A DNA stretch of 31,137 bases, taken from the NCBI GenBank assembly GCA_964581885.1, contig CAZOPS010000004.1, forward strand, positions 1 to 31,137, read 5' to 3'. This document shows positions 8,135 to 16,755 of the stretch, piece by piece; the stretch's first letter is position 1, and every line of letters begins with the position of its first letter. Source of the stretch: an uncultured Candidatus Saccharibacteria bacterium (GTDB taxonomy: Bacteria; Patescibacteriota; WWE3; JAUXAW01; JAYEID01). The translations under genes were made by a program, and so were the position numbers. The notes beneath the pieces are model-generated. The model saw only the letters and a list, made by a program, of their open reading frames with translations. It did not search any database and was not told the DNA's origin.

Positions 8135-8929
8135 CTAACCTCCAAAGGCTTCGTGGCGGCGGATGCCAAAATGCCAAATTATTTTTAGAATCACGTAAAA
8201 GGAAATTACCCAGAGTGCTTGAACAATAAGGCCGACACCTATTTGAAATAGATTTAACTTTCCTAAGTAAACGTCAATGGGAAAAGCGTAGAGGTATCGA
8301 AATGGTAATGCGTTGAGAATTTTTTGCCAGGATTCGGGGAAAGCGGAGAGAGGAAGAAGTGCACCCCCAACAAATTTTGAAATTGAGCCAATAAGATAGA
8401 ATAGGCCGCTAATTTCTGTTGTCCAAAAACCGGAAAGACCGATAATAGTAGTGTAAAAACAGTTTAGAAAAAGAGTTAGAGGAATTATGAGGAGGAGTAG
8501 AAGTAGATGATGGGTAGAGGCTGGTCCTATCAGTAAGTTTCTGTATATAACGATTAGCAATAAAAAAACAGGTAAGCTTAGAATAAAATCAGCAAAAACT
8601 CTTTCGCCCCATGATTTAGTAATACGGTATTTTAAATAATGAAAGGGAAGAAGCAGGTAATTATTAATAGTGCCTTCGCCGATGTCGTGAGCGACTCTCC
8701 AATGAGTAGAAACACTAATTCTATCCAAAAGGAATGAAAGAAAACTGTAAGTAACTATTTCATAAAGGTTATAGGTGCTAATTTGTTGACCAGTTTTGTA
8801 GATAGATTGCCAAATTATAATTGTTGTTATCAGGCTGATTAAAGAAAGGAATAACCGAAACAATAGCTTGGAACGGGAAATAATATTTTGTTCAATTGCA
8901 GTTTTTATAATTGCTAGTTCTTTTTTCAC
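8135..8929 (-). CDS. ABC-2 family exporter permease
   Basis: VAHDIGEGTINNYLLLP, GGALLPLSAFP, LPFRYLYAFP and a terminal RRHEAFGG. Confidence 0.85.
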   Translation of the reverse strand: MKKELAIIKTAIEQNIISRSKLLFRLFLSLISLITTIIIWQSIYKTGQQISTYNLYEIVTYSFLSFLLDRISVSTHWRVAHDIGEGTINNYLLLPFHYLKYRITKSWGERVFADFILSLPVFLLLIVIYRNLLIGPASTHHLLLLLLIIPLTLFLNCFYTTIIGLSGFWTTEISGLFYLIGSISKFVGGALLPLSAFPESWQKILNALPFRYLYAFPIDVYLGKLNLFQIGVGLIVQALWVISFYVILKIIWHFGIRRHEAFGG

Positions 8930-8976
8930 TTAGGGAGATTTTAGCACAGCTCTGCATTCATGCTATCATTTGGTTA
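8930..8976. promoter_or_regulatory. Compact divergent promoter pair, probably leaderless
   Basis: Minus-strand TGC-TAAAAT ends 8 nt before the GTG at 8929; plus-strand TGC-TATCAT (8964-8969) ends 7 nt before the ATG at 8977. Confidence 0.55.
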
Positions 8977-10128
8977 ATGAAAATATGTTATGTTTTAAAT
9001 TCAGGCGATCCGGGTGGGGTGGAGCAGCATGTTTTGGATCTTACTCGGGGGATGGTTGATCGTGGTCATGAGGTTTTTGTGGTTTGTCCTTGGGGCGATG
9101 TGGCTAAAAAGTATTTTGAAGCGGGGGCTAAGGTTCGTGTTGATAAGCCAGCACTTGATATTGACCCCTTTTATATTTTGCGCCTTGCGCACTTTCTCAA
9201 AAAAGTAAAACCTGATATTTTTCATGTGCATATGTTGAAGACGACTGGAAATGGGCTGATTGCTGCTTCTTTTTTGAAAGATTTGCCAAAGATTTGCCAT
9301 ATTCATACACCACTACCAGAGTGGCAAATTCCGTGGTGGAAGAAGAAGTTGGACATTTTATTTAACCGTATTGTTACTAATTTTTTAGCTGACGCTGTAA
9401 TTGCTCTTACTGAGTCCAGAAAAAGAGTTAAAGTTGAGGGGGAAGGAATTAGCTCCGAGAAGATTAGGGTTATTCCTAATGGAGTAGACGTAGGGAATAT
9501 CAAATTATCCTTCGACCAAGCTCAGGACGGGCAAATTTCAAATGATAAATCGAAACACCGGCAGAAACTAGGGATTTCGGAGGATGCGGTTTTGGTGGGG
9601 ACGCTGTCTCGGTTGACTGTGGAAAAAGGTCTTGAGTATCTAACCGCAGCATTGTCTAAATTGTCTTCCGACCAAATACAAGATACTAAATACCAAATAC
9701 TAATTGGTGGGTCGGGAAAGTTAAAAGAAAAACTTGAAAGACAAGTTAAGGATTTAAGTATTGATGACAAAATCAGGTTTCTCGGTTTTATTCCTGAGGA
9801 CGAAAAGTGGGAATACTTAGACGCCTTGGATATTTTTGTTTTTCCTTCGATTGCTGAAGGTTTTGGCATTTCTTTAATTGAAGCTATGGCAGCTGGCTGT
9901 GCTTGTTTGGCGTCTGATTTAGAAGTTCTTTGGGAGGTGGGCGGGGGGGCGGTTGAGTTTTTTAAGGTTGGTGATCCCGGTGATCTAGCAGAAAAACTTG
10001 GTGATTTAATTAAGAACAAAGAAAGAAGGGAAAAATTAGGCCGTCGTGCTGGAAAGAGAGTAGAAAAAGAGTTTTCGCTGAAGAAGTTTTGGGATAATTA
10101 CGAAGATCTTTATAAAGAGCTAAGTTAA
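8977..10128 (+). CDS. GT4 glycosyltransferase with in-frame repeat insertions
   Basis: MKICYVLNSGDPGGVEQHV, IPNGVD, FVFPSIAEGFGISLIEAMAAG. Start moved from 8911 to 8977 because the longer ORF overlaps a divergent gene. Confidence 0.92.
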   Translation: MKICYVLNSGDPGGVEQHVLDLTRGMVDRGHEVFVVCPWGDVAKKYFEAGAKVRVDKPALDIDPFYILRLAHFLKKVKPDIFHVHMLKTTGNGLIAASFLKDLPKICHIHTPLPEWQIPWWKKKLDILFNRIVTNFLADAVIALTESRKRVKVEGEGISSEKIRVIPNGVDVGNIKLSFDQAQDGQISNDKSKHRQKLGISEDAVLVGTLSRLTVEKGLEYLTAALSKLSSDQIQDTKYQILIGGSGKLKEKLERQVKDLSIDDKIRFLGFIPEDEKWEYLDALDIFVFPSIAEGFGISLIEAMAAGCACLASDLEVLWEVGGGAVEFFKVGDPGDLAEKLGDLIKNKERREKLGRRAGKRVEKEFSLKKFWDNYEDLYKELS

Positions 10129-10140
10129 ACTTTTCTTGAT

Positions 10141-10872
10141 ATGAATAACAATGAGATAAGTAAATTACATGAATTGGAGAAATACTACTGGTGGCATGTG
10201 GGGCGTGCCTTTATTATTGAAACTTTTCTAGAAAAATTAGAGCTCCTACCTAATCCTGTAATTTTAGATGTCGGTTGTGGTACTGGCGAGACTACAAAAG
10301 CTCTAAGAAACTACGGAATAGTTTGGGGGGTTGATATTTCGGAAAAAGCTTTAGAGTTCTGCCGGAAGCAGGGGTTGCAAAACCTCAAGCAAAGTGGTGC
10401 CTGTGAACTTCCTTTTGATGACAGTTTTTTCGATGCTGTTTCCATGTTGGATATCTTAGAACATGTAGAAGAAGACGAGAAGGCGCTGCAGGAAGTTTAT
10501 CGTGTGCTTAAAAGTAATGGCTATTTGCTTATAACAGTTCCTGCTTGGCAATTTTTATGGAGTGATCATGACGATGCTTTGGACCACAAGCGTCGATATG
10601 TACATGCGGAGTTACGCAGCAAGTTAGAAAGCGCCGGTTTTCAGGTTCAAGAGCTAAGTTATGCGATCATGTTTTTATCCATGCCAATAGTAATTTGGAG
10701 ATTATTTCAAAATATTTTTGTTCAGAGTTCCTACCCCAAGACTTCTTATGTTATTCTTCCTTCTTGGTTAAATAGTTTTTTTATTTTCTTGCTTAAAATA
10801 GAAGCGAAGTTGTTAAAATATATTAACTTACCTTTTGGAGTTTCTTTGGTCTGTTTAGCTCGAAAGAAGTAG
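10141..10872 (+). CDS. Class I SAM-dependent methyltransferase
   Basis: ILDVGCGTG, GVDIS, LPFDDSFFDAV..LDILEHV, VPAWQFLWSDHD...H.RRY. Confidence 0.92.
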   Translation: MNNNEISKLHELEKYYWWHVGRAFIIETFLEKLELLPNPVILDVGCGTGETTKALRNYGIVWGVDISEKALEFCRKQGLQNLKQSGACELPFDDSFFDAVSMLDILEHVEEDEKALQEVYRVLKSNGYLLITVPAWQFLWSDHDDALDHKRRYVHAELRSKLESAGFQVQELSYAIMFLSMPIVIWRLFQNIFVQSSYPKTSYVILPSWLNSFFIFLLKIEAKLLKYINLPFGVSLVCLARKK

Positions 10873-10923
10873 GGTGTTTGTGTTTACTTGTTTCGGATGC
10901 TAGATCTTAATTATTAATTTAAA

Positions 10924-12165
10924 ATGAGAGTTTTATTTCAATCTCGTATAGATTTGTTTGATCGTCGTGGGGGAGATACTGTGCAAATGGAAAGAACTGC
11001 ACAGGAGCTTGGTGATCTTGGCGTGGATGTGGATATTGATTGTTCGCCAAAAAAAGATTTATCAGCGTACGACCTGGTTCATTTATTTAATATTGATTGG
11101 CCAGCTAACGTATATTTGTGTGCAAAAAATGCAAGAGATCACAGTAAGCCTCTTGTTTTTTCTCCTATCCATCACCCTTTTGAGGAAATAGAGCGGTATG
11201 AGCGCGAGTATCGGTTCGGATTACGTAGAATTATTAACACGATTTTTAGAAAGCGTGAGCAGAGGGAGAAGTTTAAAGATTTTTGTCGCGCTTTAGCTGA
11301 TCCCAAGAAAATACCCTCTACTATTATCGAGTTCAAAAGGGGAATTTTCAAAGAGCAGCAGGAGCTTTTGGAATTGGCTGATGCCGTTTTGGTGCAGACG
11401 GATGCGGAGGTGGATGATATTAGGGAGGATTTTGGTTGGTCGACCAAGGGTAAGATAATGGATTTATATACCGGCGGCGAAAGAAAAAAGCCAGGCTTTA
11501 AGAGGCAGTCCCAAAGCCTGGCTTTGGGGAATTCGCTACCGGCTCTCCTGACCGCACCGGTTTACAAGGTAGTTAACGGTGTTGATCGGCGATTTGCGGA
11601 GGCAAAGCCGGATTGGTTTAAGAAGAACTATGGTTGGGAGAATTTTGTGCTTTGTGTTGGCCGTATAGAACCTCGAAAAAATCAGTTGTCGGTAATTGAG
11701 TCCGTTTCGAATGTTAAATGGAAAATGGAAAATGTTAAATTGATCTTTCTTGGAAAGATATCTTGGAGGCATCCGGAATATGCGTTGCGCTTTAATAATA
11801 TGGTTAGGAAATATGACTGGATCAGACACATTGAAAGAATTCCTTATGAAAAGATGGGGGCGGCTTATGCTGCTGCCAAGGTGCACGTTTCTGCAAGTTG
11901 GTTTGAAACTACTGGTTTGGTAAGCTTAGAAGCAGGGCTTGCTGGTTGTAATGTTGTGGCTACTGGAGAGAGAGCACGGGAATATCTGGGTGATTTTGCA
12001 TTTTACTGTGATCCTGGTGATTTAGATTCTATTACTAAAGCGATATCTAAAGCAAGTGAAACCGCTGTTAATCCTGAATTTAAGCAGCATATTTTGAATA
12101 ATTTTACTTGGGATAAAACTGCAGAGCAAACCTTAGCAGTTTACAAAACAATACTTAACAATTAA
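10924..12165 (+). CDS. GT4 glycosyltransferase with in-frame insertions
   Basis: GGDTVQMERT, VGRIEPRKNQ, SWFETTGLVSLEAGLAGC. Confidence 0.9.
   Translation: MRVLFQSRIDLFDRRGGDTVQMERTAQELGDLGVDVDIDCSPKKDLSAYDLVHLFNIDWPANVYLCAKNARDHSKPLVFSPIHHPFEEIERYEREYRFGLRRIINTIFRKREQREKFKDFCRALADPKKIPSTIIEFKRGIFKEQQELLELADAVLVQTDAEVDDIREDFGWSTKGKIMDLYTGGERKKPGFKRQSQSLALGNSLPALLTAPVYKVVNGVDRRFAEAKPDWFKKNYGWENFVLCVGRIEPRKNQLSVIESVSNVKWKMENVKLIFLGKISWRHPEYALRFNNMVRKYDWIRHIERIPYEKMGAAYAAAKVHVSASWFETTGLVSLEAGLAGCNVVATGERAREYLGDFAFYCDPGDLDSITKAISKASETAVNPEFKQHILNNFTWDKTAEQTLAVYKTILNN
11471..11542 (-). repeat. Hairpin element family H1, copy C (in-frame, reverse orientation)
   Basis: Minus strand reads ccggtagcgaa-ttcccc-AAAGCCAGGCTTT-gggactgcctctt-AAAGCCTGGCTTT-tttct-ttcgccgccgg. 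Confidence 0.88.
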
Positions 12166-12199
12166 CCTTAATCATTTTATCTAGCAGTTGGTGAATTTA

Positions 12200-12312
12200 A
12201 TTTCTAATTGACCTAATTAACCTAATTTCTAATTAAGAATCAAATCCCAAATTTTGAAATAGGTATTGGTGATTGTTTAGGAATAATTAGAATAATTAGG
12301 AGTAATTAGTGT
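12200..12312. repeat. Intergenic 9-nt/7-nt periodic inverted array
   Basis: ctaattgacctaattaacctaatttctaatt ... aataattagaataattaggagtaattag; shares two exact 15-mers with 14427-14449. Confidence 0.75.
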
Positions 12313-12320
12313 AATTTCTT

Positions 12321-15300
12321 ATGGATCTTTATCTTCTTTTTGGCATTTTTATATTTCTTCTTGCCTTATTTCTAGGATTTCGTGACCCCAAAAAAGGCTT
12401 TTTGTTTTTGATTTTTCTGCTTCCTTTTAACCACAAAAAAACTCTTGGATTAGTGTCTTGGAATTTAACACCGCCTCGAGTTTTCTTGGTGGGCTTTGTT
12501 CTGGGCTTTTTTATTTATGTCTTACGCAATGAAAAAAACTGGAAACAATGGTTTAGAAGGTTTTGGAAAGATAAGTTTTTTGTCTTTCTTGTCTTCCTTT
12601 GGGTGGTGCGGGGTTTCTCTCTTTTTCGTTCAGCTAATATTGAAATGGGTTTGGGAATGTGGGGTTTTTCTACAGCTGTATTATTCTTTTATATAATTTT
12701 TCGATATTTGGTAATTAGATACGGTGGCAAGTTTTTAAAGCAAGCGAGTGATTTGTATCTAAAACTAGGATTAGTTATAGGTGCTTTTGGGGTTGTGCAG
12801 CTGATTCTTTATGTGACCCAAGAGGTAGTTTTTCTTGGATTGTGGCCAATTGAAGATGGACTGGCTCGGGTAGGAGCTACTTTTTGGGATATTAACCACT
12901 ATGCTGCTTTTTCTGCAAGTGTTGCTCTCCTTTTCTTTGGGCGTTTTATTCTTTCTAGCAACCGGGAAGCTACACTTAATTTTCTAGCCTTTTTGTTTAT
13001 GGTTTTGATGGTGGGACTTACATCATCCCAGAGCGGTATGGTTTTTTTGCTAGTGGGATTTGTGGTAGTTAGCAGTATTCTTCTTTTTAGGAATTACAGA
13101 AAAAAGTATTCTTTTATCTTTGCTTTAGTATTGTTTCTTGTGCTTGCTTCGGGAATATACTTCTTTCGTCTTGGTCTTACTACTGATAGTAATTTGCGGC
13201 AGGTTTTAAAAATTAATTTTACGCTGCGCGACGATTCCGTTGCTTCACATTATCATTTAGCTCAAGGAGCCTTAGAAATTTTTAAGGAAAAACTCTTGCT
13301 AGGTTGTGGTTATGGCAGTTTTAATGAATGCTTTCGTAACACGCCTATTATCGATACTTACTTAGAAAGAGATCCAGTTGGTGAGGCTAGAATACCTCCG
13401 CACAGTATTTGGTTTGGTGCTCTAGCTGAGACGGGGGCTTTAGGTTTCTTTGCTCTCTTAGGTTTGTTTGCTGTACTTTTTCAACGGTGTTTTAAAAACA
13501 TTTTTAAGTCTCAAAATAATTCTCAGTTTGTACAAAATTCTATCTATTTAGGTATTTTATTGGGCGTTAGTTCTGCAGGTTTGGTGTATTCATATAACCT
13601 GTTGTTTTTCTGGTTTCTGTTATTCCTAGTTCAAGAAGAATCTCTTGGGGATGCTTTATCTTTAGCTAAAGTTGATTTTTGGCCCAGGTTTAAGAACTGG
13701 CTTGTTTATAATAAAGAGATATTAATTTTGACCTTTTTAGTATTGTTCTCAGGCACTTTTATGTTCTGGTTTTTGTGGAGAAATGCCCTTATTCCTTGGG
13801 ACGAAGCTATTTATGCGGGCGTTTCTCGCGAACTGGTTGAGGGCGGTGATATTTGGACTTTATATTGGAATCGAGAGCCTTTTTTTGAAAAACCACCTTT
13901 GTTTTTCTGGTTACAAGCAATATCCTTCGTGTACTTTGACTTCAAACCTTTTGCAGCCCGGTTGCCAGTAGCACTTTTTGGGATCTTGGGTGTGGTTATG
14001 ACTTACATTTTTGGAAAAAAGCTGTTCTCAAAGAGAGTAGGCTTATTTGGGAGTTTGTTTTTGGCAACCACAATTCATTGGGTTGCCTGGTCTCGAACAG
14101 CAATGCTGGATGTTCCTGCAGCAGTTTTGATTTTGTGTTCACTTTATTTTTTCTGGGAGAGTTACGTTAGGGCGGCCGATTCCCCAAAGCCCGGCTTTGG
14201 GACCGGTCTTAAAGCCGGGCTTTTATCCTCGGCCGCCTTGTTTGGGGTGTTTTTAGGGTTAACTTTTATGATGAAAGGACCAGTGGCGGTTGTACCGGCT
14301 GCAGTTGCTGTAATATTTTTAGCTGTAAATGGTCTTTTTCGCTTGGTTTTAGAAAGATTGCGACAACCGCAAATTTCTAATGACGAATTTCTAATTTCTA
14401 ATTGGGGAATTGGGAATTGGTTTTTGATTAGAATAATTAGGTCAATTAGATTAATTAGGTCAATTTTTATTCCCTTTCTACTTACTACTGTTTCCTTTCT
14501 GCTAGTTACAGTCCCGTGGCATTGGTTAATGATTGCTCGGCACGGAGAATCTTTTGTGGAGGAATATTTTGGCTATCATATTTTGAAGCGAGCGTCAGAA
14601 AGTATTGAGATGCACGGCCGCCCTTTTTGGTGGTTTAATATTGTGATTAGACACTGGGCTCGTCACTGGTATGTGGTGGGTTTGGTTGCACTTGCTGCTC
14701 TGGTTTCAAGTCTAGTCTTTTACTTCTTGAAGCGGTGGGGGGAGAGGGAAATTAGTCCCTCGCAGAAATCGGGACTGAAATTGAGAAATCTAGTCGCTTC
14801 GCTCCTTGAAATTGAAGATGAAAACTACGAGGCGGAGCTTTTCTTGCTGTTGTGGTTACTGCTGACATTTTTTATCTTTAGTGCTTCGGAGTCAAAGATA
14901 CAGTGGTACATAATACCTATTTATCCGCCGCTGGCTTTATTATGTGGGTGGTTTGTTGATAGGCTGTGTTATTTACTGGAAATAAGCTTCAGGAATTTTA
15001 AATTTAGAGTTTTAAATTTTAAATTAAAAGACTCTTTTATTGGTAATTTGTCCGCCGGTTGGCGGATTGTAATTTCCGGCGCCAGGGTTAGGTATACAGT
15101 ACTGGCAACTGTGGGTATCTTGGTTGTTGGTGTTAGCGGGTTGTTGTACTGGCACCGGATGTGGTTTCCGGAAAATCTTAATAGGCAAGTTGCGGAGCTT
15201 TCCGACCATGTGTGGAGAATTCCTGGAGAAGAGAAGAAATTTTATGTTGCGGATGCTCCTCCACCTCTTCCCATTTTTTATTCCGGTCTTAAGGTTACAA

Positions 15301-15464
15301 CTGTTGCCAAGGATGGGGTTTCCAAGGCGTTGGATAAGAAGCATGTTGCTGTACTTTCCAAGAAGAGTACATATCGGCAAGTTTTGGAGGATGTTAGGGA
15401 GAGCGGCCGGCCATTACCTTTAGTTTTTAAGGAAACGGAGGATTATATACTTTATGGCTATTAA
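12321..15464 (+). CDS. O-antigen ligase/Wzy_C-like domain fused to an ArnT/PMT (GT39/GT83-like) glycosyltransferase
   Basis: N-terminal half: R.GATFWDINHYAAF, TSSQSG, G.GYGSF, PHSIWFGALAETG. C-terminal half: WDEAIYA..SRE, FEKPPLFFW, ARLP, WSRTAMLDVP, MMKGP, K..WYIIPIYP. Confidence 0.85.
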   Translation: MDLYLLFGIFIFLLALFLGFRDPKKGFLFLIFLLPFNHKKTLGLVSWNLTPPRVFLVGFVLGFFIYVLRNEKNWKQWFRRFWKDKFFVFLVFLWVVRGFSLFRSANIEMGLGMWGFSTAVLFFYIIFRYLVIRYGGKFLKQASDLYLKLGLVIGAFGVVQLILYVTQEVVFLGLWPIEDGLARVGATFWDINHYAAFSASVALLFFGRFILSSNREATLNFLAFLFMVLMVGLTSSQSGMVFLLVGFVVVSSILLFRNYRKKYSFIFALVLFLVLASGIYFFRLGLTTDSNLRQVLKINFTLRDDSVASHYHLAQGALEIFKEKLLLGCGYGSFNECFRNTPIIDTYLERDPVGEARIPPHSIWFGALAETGALGFFALLGLFAVLFQRCFKNIFKSQNNSQFVQNSIYLGILLGVSSAGLVYSYNLLFFWFLLFLVQEESLGDALSLAKVDFWPRFKNWLVYNKEILILTFLVLFSGTFMFWFLWRNALIPWDEAIYAGVSRELVEGGDIWTLYWNREPFFEKPPLFFWLQAISFVYFDFKPFAARLPVALFGILGVVMTYIFGKKLFSKRVGLFGSLFLATTIHWVAWSRTAMLDVPAAVLILCSLYFFWESYVRAADSPKPGFGTGLKAGLLSSAALFGVFLGLTFMMKGPVAVVPAAVAVIFLAVNGLFRLVLERLRQPQISNDEFLISNWGIGNWFLIRIIRSIRLIRSIFIPFLLTTVSFLLVTVPWHWLMIARHGESFVEEYFGYHILKRASESIEMHGRPFWWFNIVIRHWARHWYVVGLVALAALVSSLVFYFLKRWGEREISPSQKSGLKLRNLVASLLEIEDENYEAELFLLLWLLLTFFIFSASESKIQWYIIPIYPPLALLCGWFVDRLCYLLEISFRNFKFRVLNFKLKDSFIGNLSAGWRIVISGARVRYTVLATVGILVVGVSGLLYWHRMWFPENLNRQVAELSDHVWRIPGEEKKFYVADAPPPLPIFYSGLKVTTVAKDGVSKALDKKHVAVLSKKSTYRQVLEDVRESGRPLPLVFKETEDYILYGY
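14171..14237 (+). repeat. Hairpin element family H1, copy B (in-frame)
   Basis: ggcggccga-ttcccc-AAAGCCCGGCTTT-gggaccggtctt-AAAGCCGGGCTTT-tatcc-tcggccgcc. Confidence 0.9.
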
Positions 15465-16635
15465 AGTTGGAATTGATGCCCGTTTTTGGGGTCATGCTGG
15501 CCCTGGGCGTTATGTGAAAAATTTAGTACAAGCTCTGGAGCAGGAGGATCAAGAAAATAAGTATGTGGTTTTTTTAAATTCAGCAGAAGCGGAAAAGTAT
15601 GTGCCCTCTAATAGCAATTTTTGTAAGGTTGTAGTTAACGCACCATGGTATTCTTTTTGGGAACAAATCAAGCTCCCGTTTTTATTTGCAAGGGAAAATT
15701 TAGATCTTCTTCACATACCCCATTTCAATATCCCTATTTTCTATCCCGGCAAGATAGCAGTTACTATTCACGATTTAACTATTCATCGCTTTTCTACAGC
15801 GCGGGCAACAACTCGTTGGCGTCCTTTTAATCTTGTGAAGAGAGTTGTTTATAAGTTTGTTTTTATGATTGCGCTTAAGCGGGCTAACATTATTTTTGTG
15901 CCTACTAACTTTGTTAAAGATGACCTGCTTTCCGAATATTCTTGGCTGAAAGAAGAAAAAATTATTGTTACTTATGAGGGTGTTGGAGATGCTTTTAGAT
16001 TAGTTAGCAGTAGTGCTAAGAATGTTCAAAACTCAAATAGAGTGTTATCAAAGTATGGTGTAGATAAGCCTTATTTACTTTATGTTGGGTCTATGTATCC
16101 ACATAAGAATTTAGAGCGTCTAGTGCGTGCATTTTCTTTGGTTGCAGAAGAGTACAATGACCTAAGCTTGGTTCTGGTAGGTAAAAAAGATTATTTTCAA
16201 GAAAGAATAAAAGAGGAAATAGAAGATAATAAATATGGAATAGTGGATAAGGATAGGATTGTCTTTCCAGCGTTTGAGGTTGAAAGCGGTTATGTTCCGG
16301 ATGAAGACTTGGCAGCTTTTTATAAAAATGCCCTAGCCTTTGTGTTTCCCTCTCTTTCCGAGGGGTTTGGCTTACCCCCTTTGGAAGCAATGCAGTTTGG
16401 AGTTCCAGTGGTGGCATCTAATGCAACTTGTATTCCTGAAGTGTGTGGTGATGCAGCACTTTATTTTGATCCTCGTGATAGAGATGATGTTGTATCGAAG
16501 TTAAGAGCGGTAGTAAAGAATAGTGGATTGAGAAAGAATTTAGTTCAGAAAGGCAGTGAAAACTTGGAAAAATTCTCCTGGCGGAAAACGGCCAAGAAAA
16601 CTCTGGCTGGTTATAGGGATGCGATATGCCTGTGA
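15454..16635 (+). CDS. GT4 glycosyltransferase (MtfB-like)
   Basis: [51 protein letters not shown]. Confidence 0.93.
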   Translation: MAIKVGIDARFWGHAGPGRYVKNLVQALEQEDQENKYVVFLNSAEAEKYVPSNSNFCKVVVNAPWYSFWEQIKLPFLFARENLDLLHIPHFNIPIFYPGKIAVTIHDLTIHRFSTARATTRWRPFNLVKRVVYKFVFMIALKRANIIFVPTNFVKDDLLSEYSWLKEEKIIVTYEGVGDAFRLVSSSAKNVQNSNRVLSKYGVDKPYLLYVGSMYPHKNLERLVRAFSLVAEEYNDLSLVLVGKKDYFQERIKEEIEDNKYGIVDKDRIVFPAFEVESGYVPDEDLAAFYKNALAFVFPSLSEGFGLPPLEAMQFGVPVVASNATCIPEVCGDAALYFDPRDRDDVVSKLRAVVKNSGLRKNLVQKGSENLEKFSWRKTAKKTLAGYRDAICL

Positions 16636-16755
16636 TCTAGTTCTTTTGGTATACTAAACAAGAGTAGCAAATAATGCGGGTAGATGACTGAAGCAGATGT
16701 GAGAGAAATAGGAATTGCTAAAGTTTCTTTTTTGTAGTGGCCAGGAAAGATTCTT

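Noticed and set aside
8911-8976. N-terminal extension of the GT4 ORF given in the ORF track
   Set aside because: It overlaps the divergent permease start and promoter; MKICYVL at 8977 is the typical GT4 start.
11436-11447. 12-bp palindrome ttggtcgaccaa inside a GT4 gene
   Set aside because: A single short palindrome could arise by chance; it may mark the edge of the copy C insertion but cannot be supported on its own.
16684-16737. 17-codon upstream ORF before the GT4 at 16756
   Set aside because: Too short, no SD and no attenuator structure seen.
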